Source: an uncultured Gammaproteobacteria bacterium (lineage in GTDB: Bacteria; Pseudomonadota; Gammaproteobacteria; Pseudomonadales; JAHEGP01). From it: a stretch of DNA of 64,000 nt. Position 1 is the stretch's first letter; the number at the start of each line of letters is the position of its first letter. Below the pieces are notes generated by a model. The model had not been told where the DNA came from, made no database searches, and saw only the letters and a program-made list of their open reading frames with translations. The stretch covers positions 32,318-96,317 of the forward strand of contig CAWBXV010000003.1 of NCBI GenBank assembly GCA_963792875.1, written 5' to 3'. The position numbers and the translations under genes were made by a program. Positions 1-7,863 of the stretch are shown here, one piece after another.

Positions 1-1
1 T

Positions 2-55
2 ACCGTCACCGCAACCCTGGCCGGTTTGCTGTTGGGCAACCTGCTGATTTCCTGA
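2..55 (+). CDS. 3' end of an upstream gene truncated by the window edge; hydrophobic C-terminus (...TVTATLAGLLLGNLLIS*), probably a membrane protein or transporter
   Basis: Open frame from the window edge to TGA at 53-55. The tail is hydrophobic. Function is not determinable from 17 residues. Confidence 0.3.
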   Translation, partial: TVTATLAGLLLGNLLIS

Positions 56-81
56 CGTCAACGATCACTCTGGAGGTGACA

Positions 82-1587
82 ATGAAAATAACGACTCTAC
101 CATTGGCCGTATCGGTCCTTAGCCTGGCCGTGGCCAGTGTCAATCTGCACGCGCAGGCCGTGCCCAAGGCGACGGGACCGCAGGCGGTGCGCATCGAGCA
201 CGACCTGCTGGGCCAGAAAGCGATCCCCGCCGACGCCTTCTACGGCGTGCAGACGGCCCGTGCCATCGAAAACTTTCAGATATCCGGCCGCACCCTGAGC
301 GACTACCCGGAGCTGATCAACGGCTTTGCCCAGGTCAAGATGGCGGCGGCCATGGCCAACACCGATGTCGGCAAAATGAAAAAGGAGGTGCGGGACGCCA
401 TCATCAAGGCCGGCGAGGCGATCCTGGCCGGCAAATACCATGATCAGTTCCCGGTGGACCCCTATCAGGGCGGCGCCGGGACCTCGACCAACATGGCCGC
501 CAACGAAGTCATGGCCAACGTCGCCCTCGTCGAGACCGGCCACAAGCTGGGCGAGTACGACATCGTCGAACCCCACGACGATCTCAATATGTCGCAGTCG
601 ACCAATGACGCCTACCCCACGGCGCTCAAGGTCGCCATAGCCACCAACAACGACATGGTGATCAAGGAGATCGAGCAGCTCGTGGCCGCCCTGCGTGCCA
701 AGGGCAACGAGTTCATCGACGTGCTGAAGATGGGCCGCACCGAGATGCAGGATGCCGTGCCGATGACGGTGGGCCAGGAGTTTCATGCGCTGGCCGCGGC
801 GCTGGAGGGTGAGATCGCCTTCATCCGCGCGTCCGAGAAGCCGCTGTTCGCTATCAACATGGGCGGCACGGCCATCGGCACCGGCCTCAACGCACCCAAG
901 GGATATGCCGAGAAGACGGCCGCGCACCTGGCCAAGCTGACCGGCAAGCCCTTCGTGAAAGCCGACGACATGATCGCCGCCACCTGGGACCAGCACTCCT
1001 TCCTGGCGGCGTCCGGCGCCATGCGCAGCCTGGCGGTCAAATTGTCCAAGATCGCCAGCGACCTGATCCTGCTCGCCTCCGGCCCGCGGGCAGGTCTTGG
1101 CGAGATCAACCTGCCGCCGGTACAGCCGGGCTCGTCGATCATGCCGGGCAAGGTCAACCCGGTCATGCCCGAGCTGCTCAATCTGGTGTCCTTCCGCGTG
1201 ATCGGCAATGATGTGTCAGTAGTGCTGGCGGCGCGCAACGGCCAGCTGCAGCTCAACGCCTACGAGCCCCTGGAGGCCATCGCCGTGCTGGATTCGCAGC
1301 GCCTGCTGGCCAACACCATGAGCACCGTCCGCAGCAAGTGCATCGATGGCATCACCGTCAACGCGGACACCCTGGCGGGCTATATCGAGCGCACCGTGGG
1401 CATCGTCACCGCGCTCAACCCCGTGATCGGCTACGACCGTGCGACGGAGCTGGCCAAGGAAGCCTACAGCACCAACAAGGGCATCCTCGAGATCGTGCGC
1501 GAGAAAAAAGTGCTGACCGAAGAGCAGATCAAGGAAATTCTCAATCCCGCTGCCCTCACCGGGCTCGACAAGAAGCAGTACCAATAA
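82..1587 (+). CDS. aspA: Aspartate ammonia-lyase (class II fumarase/aspartase family) with an N-terminal Sec-type signal-like extension
   Basis: Core aligns to canonical AspA from RIEHDLLG onward. It carries the GSSIMPGKVNP (GSSxMPxKxN) family signature. GGAGG at 72-76 lies 5 nt upstream of ATG 82; the track's GTG 76 is less likely. The N-terminus is MKITTLPLAVSVLSLAVASVNLHA/QA. Confidence 0.9.
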   Translation: MKITTLPLAVSVLSLAVASVNLHAQAVPKATGPQAVRIEHDLLGQKAIPADAFYGVQTARAIENFQISGRTLSDYPELINGFAQVKMAAAMANTDVGKMKKEVRDAIIKAGEAILAGKYHDQFPVDPYQGGAGTSTNMAANEVMANVALVETGHKLGEYDIVEPHDDLNMSQSTNDAYPTALKVAIATNNDMVIKEIEQLVAALRAKGNEFIDVLKMGRTEMQDAVPMTVGQEFHALAAALEGEIAFIRASEKPLFAINMGGTAIGTGLNAPKGYAEKTAAHLAKLTGKPFVKADDMIAATWDQHSFLAASGAMRSLAVKLSKIASDLILLASGPRAGLGEINLPPVQPGSSIMPGKVNPVMPELLNLVSFRVIGNDVSVVLAARNGQLQLNAYEPLEAIAVLDSQRLLANTMSTVRSKCIDGITVNADTLAGYIERTVGIVTALNPVIGYDRATELAKEAYSTNKGILEIVREKKVLTEEQIKEILNPAALTGLDKKQYQ

Positions 1588-1630
1588 GGCAACACCCCTC
1601 ACCGGACCGATAACAACACAGGAGAACACT

Positions 1631-2692
1631 ATGAAAGTCCCATTCACTCCCCGCCACCTGCTGCTGGCACTGGCGTTCACTGCGATGCATGCCGTGGCGG
1701 CCGACAAGCCCAACGTGGTCATCCTCGCCACGGGCGGCACCATTGCCGGCTCCGCGGCGACGCAGACGCAGGCGGGCTACACCTCCGGCCAGGTCGGAGT
1801 CGATATTCTCATCGGCGCCGTACCCCAGATCCAGGAGCTGGCTGACATCTCGGGAGAGCAGATCTCCAACGTGGGCAGTCAGGATATGTCCGACGCGATC
1901 TGGCTGAAGCTGGCCAATCGCATCAACGAGCTGCTGGCCAAGTCCGACGTCGATGGCGTGGTCGTCACCCACGGCACCGACACGCTGGAGGAGACCGCGT
2001 TCTTCCTGAGCCTGACCGTCAAGAGCGACAAGCCCGTGGTGATGACCGCCGCCATGCGGCCATCCACGGCGCTGTCGGCCGACGGCCCTTTGAACATCTA
2101 CAACGCGGTGGCGATCGCGGCTGACAAGAACGCCAAGGGCCGCGGTGTCATGGTCGCCGTCAATGACGACATCCATGAGGCCAGAGCGTTCACCAAGACC
2201 AGCACGACCGATGTGCAGACCTTTCGGTCGCCCGAGAAGGGCCTGATCGGCGTCACCCTCTACGGCGAGAACACCTTCTTCCGCACCCCTTACAAGACCT
2301 TCGGTGCCAAGAGCGAGTTCTCCGTCAAGGGCGTGGACAAGCTGCCCCGCGTCGACGTGATCTACATGACCGCCGATGTCTCGCCTGACCTCATCAGCTC
2401 CGCCGTTGCCAAGGGCGCCAAGGGCATCGTGAGCGCCGGCGTGGGCAACGGCAACATGACGGCCGCTGCGCTGAAGGAAACCGAGAAAGCGGTGAAGAAG
2501 GGCGTCGTCGTGGTGCGCGCCAGCCGCGTACCCTTCGGCACGGTCGGCCGCAACGTCGAGGTCAACGACGACGAGGTCGGCACGGTCGCCTCGAACGAGC
2601 TGAACCCGGCCAAGGCGCGCGTGCTGCTCAAGCTGGCGCTGCTCAAGACCAGCGATGCCGCCAAGATTCAGCAGTACTTCAACCAGTACTGA
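1631..2692 (+). CDS. ansB: L-asparaginase II, periplasmic type
   Basis: Signal peptide (…AFTAMHAVA/AD) followed by VVILATGGTIAG and HGTDTLEETAFFL motifs typical of type II asparaginases. An RBS (aggag) lies upstream. Confidence 0.9.
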   Translation: MKVPFTPRHLLLALAFTAMHAVAADKPNVVILATGGTIAGSAATQTQAGYTSGQVGVDILIGAVPQIQELADISGEQISNVGSQDMSDAIWLKLANRINELLAKSDVDGVVVTHGTDTLEETAFFLSLTVKSDKPVVMTAAMRPSTALSADGPLNIYNAVAIAADKNAKGRGVMVAVNDDIHEARAFTKTSTTDVQTFRSPEKGLIGVTLYGENTFFRTPYKTFGAKSEFSVKGVDKLPRVDVIYMTADVSPDLISSAVAKGAKGIVSAGVGNGNMTAAALKETEKAVKKGVVVVRASRVPFGTVGRNVEVNDDEVGTVASNELNPAKARVLLKLALLKTSDAAKIQQYFNQY

Positions 2693-2715
2693 TCGGCATC
2701 GGGTCTATCCCGCGA

Positions 2716-2743
2716 CCCCGCTCCGCAAGGAGCGGGGTTTTTT
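2716..2743 (+). terminator. Rho-independent terminator of aspA-ansB
   Basis: ccccgctcc-gcaa-ggagcgggg hairpin followed by TTTTTT, 24 nt after the ansB stop. Confidence 0.85.
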
Positions 2744-4580
2744 GTGCGCCCGGCACGGGCGCACTCCTGGAGGTGCAAGTCCTCCCGTGAGCTGGCCACA
2801 GCGAGCGAAGTGAAGCGCAACTGCGGAAGGGCGACCGACCGTGGGGAGGAAGCGTGGAGCGTAAACCGTGAGCCGATGAACAAGAACCGGATAGAAGGCG
2901 CTGCCGAGCAGGGCGAGCGGGCAAGAAGCCGTGAAGCTCTCGTGGCCAAGGCGAAGTGGCGTAAATTCGGCGGTTGTGCGGTGAAGGAGTGCGGTCTTAC
3001 CCGGGGAGATCTCGCCTCATGCCTGAAAGGGCGACGTGGAGACACGGAGCGAGAAGTCAGCAGAGGCCATAGTAGCCGCCGATGAGGGGCGAAGGGCCGA
3101 ACGAGAAGGAGCGTCAGACGCCTTGTCGATGAGAACGGTAGTGCATCAGATGCCCGCGCAGGCGGGGCGGGTCGTGGAAGGGCGAGGTGAAGCCTTGTCC
3201 CAATCGACCAGTGATGAAACCGGCCTCCCGCGACAGGAACCGGAGGGCGCAGGGCGAGACCTGCTGGTGCAGGCGCTCGCGAGGGAGAACATGCAGCGCG
3301 CCTGGAAGCGCGTGAAGGCAAACAAGGGTGCTGCGGGTGTTGACGGTCTGGACATAGCCCGGACGGGAGAACACCTCCAACACGCGTGGCCGACCATCAG
3401 GCAACAACTGCTGGAGGGCACGTACAGGCCGCAGCCTGTGCGGCGCGTGGGCATCCCGAAGCCGGACGGTAGCGAACGTGAGTTGGGGATCCCCACCGTG
3501 ACCGACCGTCTGATTCAGCAGGCACTGTTGCAAGTGCTGCAACCGTTGATCGATCCGACCTTCAGTGAGCACAGCTACGGGTTTCGCCCCGGACGCCGGG
3601 CGCGGGACGCGGTGCTGGCCGCGCAGCGGTACGCGAGTCAAGGTTGCCACATCGTGGTGGACGTTGACCTGTCGAAGTTCTTCGACCGGGTCAACCATGA
3701 CATTCTGATCGAGCGCCTGAGCAAGCGCGTGAACGACGCCGGGGTGATCCGGCTGGTGCGCGCCTACCTCAACGCGGGCATCATGGATGGCGGTGTGGTG
3801 ATCGAGCGGGTAGAGGGGACGCCGCAGGGCGGCCCGCTCTCGCCGCTGCTGGCCAACGTGTTGCTGGACGAAGTGGATCGGGCGCTTGAACGCAGAGGGC
3901 ATCGCTTTGCCCGCTATGCCGACGACTGCAATGTGTATGTGCGCAGTAGGAAGGCGGGCGAGCGGGTGATGTGTCTGCTGCGCCGCTGCTACGACAAACT
4001 GCATCTGAGGATCAATGAATCCAAGAGTGCGGTAGCCTGTGTGTTCGGCCGCAAGTTCCTCGGCTACGCCCTATGGCAAGCCGGAAACGGCGAGGTGCGA
4101 CGCGCGGTGTCGGAGAAGGCGCTGGCAACGTTCAGGCAAAGGGTCAGGCAACTGACCCGGCGCAACGGCGGACGTAGCCTAGCGGAGGTGATCGAACGGC
4201 TGCGAAGCTTCTTGTTGGGATGGAAAGGGTATTTTGGGCTGGCGCAAACGCCCAGTGTCTGGCGCAGGCTGGACGAGTGGGTTCGCCGACGCCTGCGTGC
4301 CCTCCAGCTCAAGCAGTGGCGGCGGGGTAAGACGATCTACCGGGAACTGCTCAGTCTTGGAGCCAGTGTCCGGGTGGCGAGATCGGTGGCGGCCTTGAGT
4401 CGCCGCTGGTGGCATAACAGCCTCTCTGCTGTGCACCATGTGCTGACGATTGCCTACTTCGACCGGCAGGGAGTGCCGCGGCTCTCATGACCTCAACTTC
4501 TCGAACCGCCCGGTGCGGACCCGCATGCCGGGTGGTGTGGCAGGGGAACGGTCAGCACTGCTGACCGCCCCTATGCCGAT
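2744..4580 (+). mobile_element. Bacterial group II intron, class C-like (terminator-associated); the 3' boundary is approximate (+/-10 nt)
   Basis: Starts with GTGCG immediately after the terminator T-run. About 290 nt of non-coding 5' ribozyme sequence precedes an internal RT/maturase ORF. A domain V-like bulged hairpin (4503-4536; 2-nt bulge on the 3' strand) and a domain VI-like helix with a bulged A (4539-4577) follow the ORF. Confidence 0.85.
3036..4490 (+). CDS. Group II intron reverse transcriptase/maturase (no obvious endonuclease domain); the true start may be ATG 3129 or 3150
   Basis: RT-0 region motif (MQRAWKRVKANKGAAGVDG), RT blocks (GIPTVTDRLIQQA, FRPGRRARDAV, DLSKFFDRVNHD, TPQGGPLSPLLANV), the YADD catalytic motif (RYADDCNVYV) and a C-terminal maturase/X-like region (LGWKGYF). 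Confidence 0.9.
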   Translation: METRSEKSAEAIVAADEGRRAEREGASDALSMRTVVHQMPAQAGRVVEGRGEALSQSTSDETGLPRQEPEGAGRDLLVQALARENMQRAWKRVKANKGAAGVDGLDIARTGEHLQHAWPTIRQQLLEGTYRPQPVRRVGIPKPDGSERELGIPTVTDRLIQQALLQVLQPLIDPTFSEHSYGFRPGRRARDAVLAAQRYASQGCHIVVDVDLSKFFDRVNHDILIERLSKRVNDAGVIRLVRAYLNAGIMDGGVVIERVEGTPQGGPLSPLLANVLLDEVDRALERRGHRFARYADDCNVYVRSRKAGERVMCLLRRCYDKLHLRINESKSAVACVFGRKFLGYALWQAGNGEVRRAVSEKALATFRQRVRQLTRRNGGRSLAEVIERLRSFLLGWKGYFGLAQTPSVWRRLDEWVRRRLRALQLKQWRRGKTIYRELLSLGASVRVARSVAALSRRWWHNSLSAVHHVLTIAYFDRQGVPRLS

Positions 4581-4610
4581 TTGAGGGGGTCTGCGGCCTG
4601 CAGCTGCGGC

Positions 4611-6065
4611 TCAGAAGTCCAGGGCCTCCTTCCAGGCCTGGATATCCTCGATGCGCTGCTGTATCTGCGCGGCGTCGGTACGGCTGATGCCCGGTGTCTG
4701 CAGCGCATAGCCCAGCTGGCGAATGGCGTGGTCGGGGGCCCCCATCAGCACGAAGTATTCGGCGCGCGCCTGGTGCACGCCCAGGATGTCCCCGGTAAGC
4801 CCCCTGACCTCGGCGAGCTCGTACCAGAGCTGAGGGTCGCTCGGCCGCTGCCTGCTGTGCCGCGTCAGCAGCTGCTCGGCCGCCTGCTTGTCGCCGGTGC
4901 GCAGCAGCGCCTCGAAGTAGGCCATGGTCAGCGGGTGATTGTTGGGGTTGAAGCGCAGCTGCCTGGCCAGCATGTCCCTGGCCTGTTCGGGCTTGCCCTG
5001 CCCGAGCCATATATCCCCCTGTGCCAGCAGATAGGTGATGCGCTCCGGGTCCTTCTTCAGCAACTCGTCCAGCTGCTGTTGCGCTTCGTCGAAGCGCACG
5101 GCCTTGATCAGTGCCAGCACGAGGCCATAGCGGTGGGCGTCAGGGTGCTCGCTGTTGGCGCTCAGATCGCTGCGGAAGCGCTTGATGGCGGCGTTGACGT
5201 TGGGCTCAAAGTGCAGCGCGACCCGCGCCTGCATCAGGCGGTACTCTAAATCGTCCGGGTGCTGCTGGCGGGCGTAGCGCGCGGCGCGGCTGCGGGCATC
5301 GGCGATGCGCCGCTCGGTGACCGGGTGGGTCAGCAGAAATTCGGGCGGGCGCCCGTAGTAGCGCGAGGCGCGCTGCATCTGCTCGAACATGGTGGCCATC
5401 GACATGGGGTCCAGCCCGGCGCGGATCAGGGTGATCATGCCCACCCGGTCGGCCTCCGCCTCATTCTGGCGGCTGTAGCGCAGCTGGTTTTCAAGCGCTG
5501 CGGCCTGGCTGGCGGTGATGGCGGCGAGGCCGGCGTCGCCACCGGCGGTGGCGGCGATCACCAGCGCGCCGAGCAGCGTGGCGAGGTTGATGATGGTGGA
5601 GCTCTTCTGTTGTTCCATGCCCCGCGCAAAGTGACGCTGGCTGAGGTGCGCCAGTTCGTGCGCCAGCACCGAGGCCAGCTCGTCTTCGTTCTGGGCGAAC
5701 AGGAACATGCCGTTGTGAACGCCCACGACGCCGCCCGGCACGGCGAAAGCGTTCAGCGTCTTGTTGTCCACCACCACCAGTTCGAGCCGGCGGTCGGTCA
5801 ATTGGCTGAAGGTGGCGAGTTTGTAGACCAGGTGTTCGAGATAGTCGGACAGCAGTGGATCGGAAATGATCGGGGCCTGACCGCGAAAGGCCATCAGCCA
5901 GGCGCGCCCGAGCTGGTATTCCTGCTGACTGGAGAACAGGCTGGAACTGGCGTCGCCCAGGTTGGGCAGCTGCATGCTGGAACTCACGGCGCCTGCCGGC
6001 TGCGCCACCAGGCAGGTGGTCAGGGTGCAGGCCAGCAGTGGGCGTCGGGTCAGGCGAAAGGGCAT
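4611..6065 (-). CDS. bepA: Periplasmic M48 metalloprotease with C-terminal TPR repeats (BepA/YfgC-like)
   Basis: Signal peptide, an HELAHLSQRH zinc motif (HExxH), and a TPR-like C-terminal half. Size (484 aa) matches BepA. Confidence 0.8.
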   Translation of the reverse strand: MPFRLTRRPLLACTLTTCLVAQPAGAVSSSMQLPNLGDASSSLFSSQQEYQLGRAWLMAFRGQAPIISDPLLSDYLEHLVYKLATFSQLTDRRLELVVVDNKTLNAFAVPGGVVGVHNGMFLFAQNEDELASVLAHELAHLSQRHFARGMEQQKSSTIINLATLLGALVIAATAGGDAGLAAITASQAAALENQLRYSRQNEAEADRVGMITLIRAGLDPMSMATMFEQMQRASRYYGRPPEFLLTHPVTERRIADARSRAARYARQQHPDDLEYRLMQARVALHFEPNVNAAIKRFRSDLSANSEHPDAHRYGLVLALIKAVRFDEAQQQLDELLKKDPERITYLLAQGDIWLGQGKPEQARDMLARQLRFNPNNHPLTMAYFEALLRTGDKQAAEQLLTRHSRQRPSDPQLWYELAEVRGLTGDILGVHQARAEYFVLMGAPDHAIRQLGYALQTPGISRTDAAQIQQRIEDIQAWKEALDF

Positions 6066-6352
6066 AAGCAGTGCATCGAGCCGGTTTCACTGTGTAGGGT
6101 TGCGCCCGCCGGGAGCGTTGGCCGGCGGCGCGCCGTGGCGATCTGATTGGTTGCGCCGCCGGGAAGTGCAGCCGCTGCGGGCAGCGGGTGCGGATATGCC
6201 CCGGTGTGCGCTGCTACTGTAGCCGTTTTAGGCGCGTTTTCCCATTGCGGCGGTTGCTGCCGCCCCCGCTGCAGCCCTGGCCAACGGTGTCAACTGTGAT
6301 AGCATAGCGCCGGTTTGTGCAGGCGGAGCGCAGGGGTTGGGGCCGTTAGTCG

Positions 6353-6574
6353 ATGGTACATGAGCTGGACGTCAAAGGCCTGGATTGCCCGTTGCCGCTG
6401 TTGAAAGCCAAGCTGGCGCTGAACCGCATGGCGCGCGGGGAACAGCTCAGAGTATGGGCCACCGACGGCGGTTCGGTGAGGGATTTTCGCGTGTTCTGTG
6501 AGCAGAGCGGTCATCTGCTGCTGGAGTCGTCCGAGTGCGACGGCGTCTACGCTTACCTGCTGCAGAAATCCTGA
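6353..6574 (+). CDS. tusA: TusA-family sulfurtransferase
   Basis: 73 aa with LDVKGLDCPLPLLKAK (the CPxP active-site motif of TusA/SirA). Confidence 0.8.
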   Translation: MVHELDVKGLDCPLPLLKAKLALNRMARGEQLRVWATDGGSVRDFRVFCEQSGHLLLESSECDGVYAYLLQKS

Positions 6575-6780
6575 AAATCTATCGGCACAGCGCTGGCCGT
6601 TTTTGCCTCTACACTACACGTATGGTCGCCACTGTCTGCGCGCTGCCCCAGGTCGGCGGCCGCCGGGCCTCATGCTGGTCGGTGACCGCTGCGTTGTCGA
6701 ACGCTGCGGGGTCACCAGCGGCTGCCGCCCGTGCCAGCGGTCTGGCGGATTCGCGCCGCAGTTAACCGGGGAAACTCGCC

Positions 6781-7863
6781 ATGCAGGACGTCTTTCGCAA
6801 GTGGTTCCATGATATCTTCGCCGACGAAGAGTCGCTGATTCTGCTGATCATCGTCTTCGCCGGGCTCGCCATCGTGGTCACGATGGGGGGGATACTGGCG
6901 CCGTTCATAGCCAGCCTGATTTTTGCCTTCCTGCTGCAGGGGCTGGTGTCGACCCTGCAGCGCTGGGGGCTGCCGCGCTGGCTGGCGCTGGCGCTGACCT
7001 ATCTGTGCTTTGTCGGCAGTTTTCTGGTGCTGCTGATCTTTGTGCTGCCGCTGGCCTGGAAGCAGCTCGTTACGCTGTTTACGGAGCTGCCGCGCATGAT
7101 CGAGGCGGCCAAGCAGGGCCTCGTGCTGGTGCAGCAGCGCTATCCTGAGGTGGTCAGCGAGGCGCTGCTGGCCGAATGGACGGCCGAGGCGACCTCTGAG
7201 CTGACCCGGGTCGGCCAGTGGATGCTGTCGGTGTCCGTGTCCCAGCTGCCCAACGTGTTCGGCGTGCTGATCTACCTGGTGCTGGTGCCCATCCTGGTGT
7301 TCTTCCTGCTGAAGGACAAGGATGCGATCTTTGCCTGGTTTGCCGCCTTCCTGCCCAGTCGGCGGCCGCTGATGTACAAGGTGTGGCGGGAGATGGATCA
7401 GCAGGTCGCCAATTACGCGCGCGGCAAGGCCATCGAGATCCTGCTGGTGTGGGTGGCCAGCTATCTGGCGTTCGTCATCATGGGGCTCAAATATGCCGCC
7501 TTGCTGGGCCTGCTGGTGGGCGTCTCCGTGCTGATACCCTATATCGGCGCCGCGGTGGTGACGCTGCCGGTTGCCCTGGTCGGCTACTTTCAGTGGGGCT
7601 GGACCGAGGATTTTTTCTGGCTCTGCGCGGTCTACGGCATCATCCAGTTTCTCGATGGCAACCTGCTGGTGCCGCTGCTGTTCTCCGAGACGGTCAAGAT
7701 TCACCCCATCGCCATCATCCTGGCGGTGCTGGTGTTTGGTGGCCTGTGGGGGCTGTGGGGCGTCTTCTTCGCCATCCCCCTGGCCACGCTCATCAAAGCG
7801 CTCATTCAATCATGGCCCCGGCGCGGGGCCCAAACAGTCGATGTGGAAGCCAATGCCCAATAA
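6781..7863 (+). CDS. AI-2E family transporter (PerM/YhhT-like permease)
   Basis: 360-aa polytopic membrane protein whose overall sequence resembles AI-2E family members (…YIGAAVVTLPVAL…FLDGNLLVPLLFS…). Confidence 0.8.
   Translation: MQDVFRKWFHDIFADEESLILLIIVFAGLAIVVTMGGILAPFIASLIFAFLLQGLVSTLQRWGLPRWLALALTYLCFVGSFLVLLIFVLPLAWKQLVTLFTELPRMIEAAKQGLVLVQQRYPEVVSEALLAEWTAEATSELTRVGQWMLSVSVSQLPNVFGVLIYLVLVPILVFFLLKDKDAIFAWFAAFLPSRRPLMYKVWREMDQQVANYARGKAIEILLVWVASYLAFVIMGLKYAALLGLLVGVSVLIPYIGAAVVTLPVALVGYFQWGWTEDFFWLCAVYGIIQFLDGNLLVPLLFSETVKIHPIAIILAVLVFGGLWGLWGVFFAIPLATLIKALIQSWPRRGAQTVDVEANAQ

Noticed and set aside
187-189. In-frame GTG that would give a canonical-length cytoplasmic AspA (M-RIEHDLLG…).
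   Set aside because: It is not excluded, but there is no good Shine-Dalgarno sequence in front of it, whereas ATG 82 has a perfect GGAGG and the intervening codons form a textbook signal peptide. It is kept as the explicit alternative in the aspartase finding.
2744-3085. 113-codon ORF starting at the GTG of the intron 5' end.
   Set aside because: It coincides with the group II intron 5' ribozyme domains. The GTG is the intron's GUGCG, and the translation has no protein-like features.
3036-4490. Whether the reverse transcriptase could belong to a retron, DGR or Abi-type defence system.
   Set aside because: The 5' GTGCG, the domain V/VI-like structures after the ORF, the maturase-like C-terminus and the post-terminator insertion all indicate a group II intron. 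No msr/msd-like repeats, template/variable repeats or effector genes are adjacent.
7571-7852. Upstream extension of the M16 peptidase ORF that overlaps the AI-2E transporter gene.
   Set aside because: The extension is Cys/Ser/Arg/Trp-rich out-of-frame read-through of the transporter gene. A lipoprotein-type signal begins at ATG 7841/7853. The same logic removed 42869-42991, 43321-43965 and 45237-45350 from the ABC permease and ATPase ORFs.
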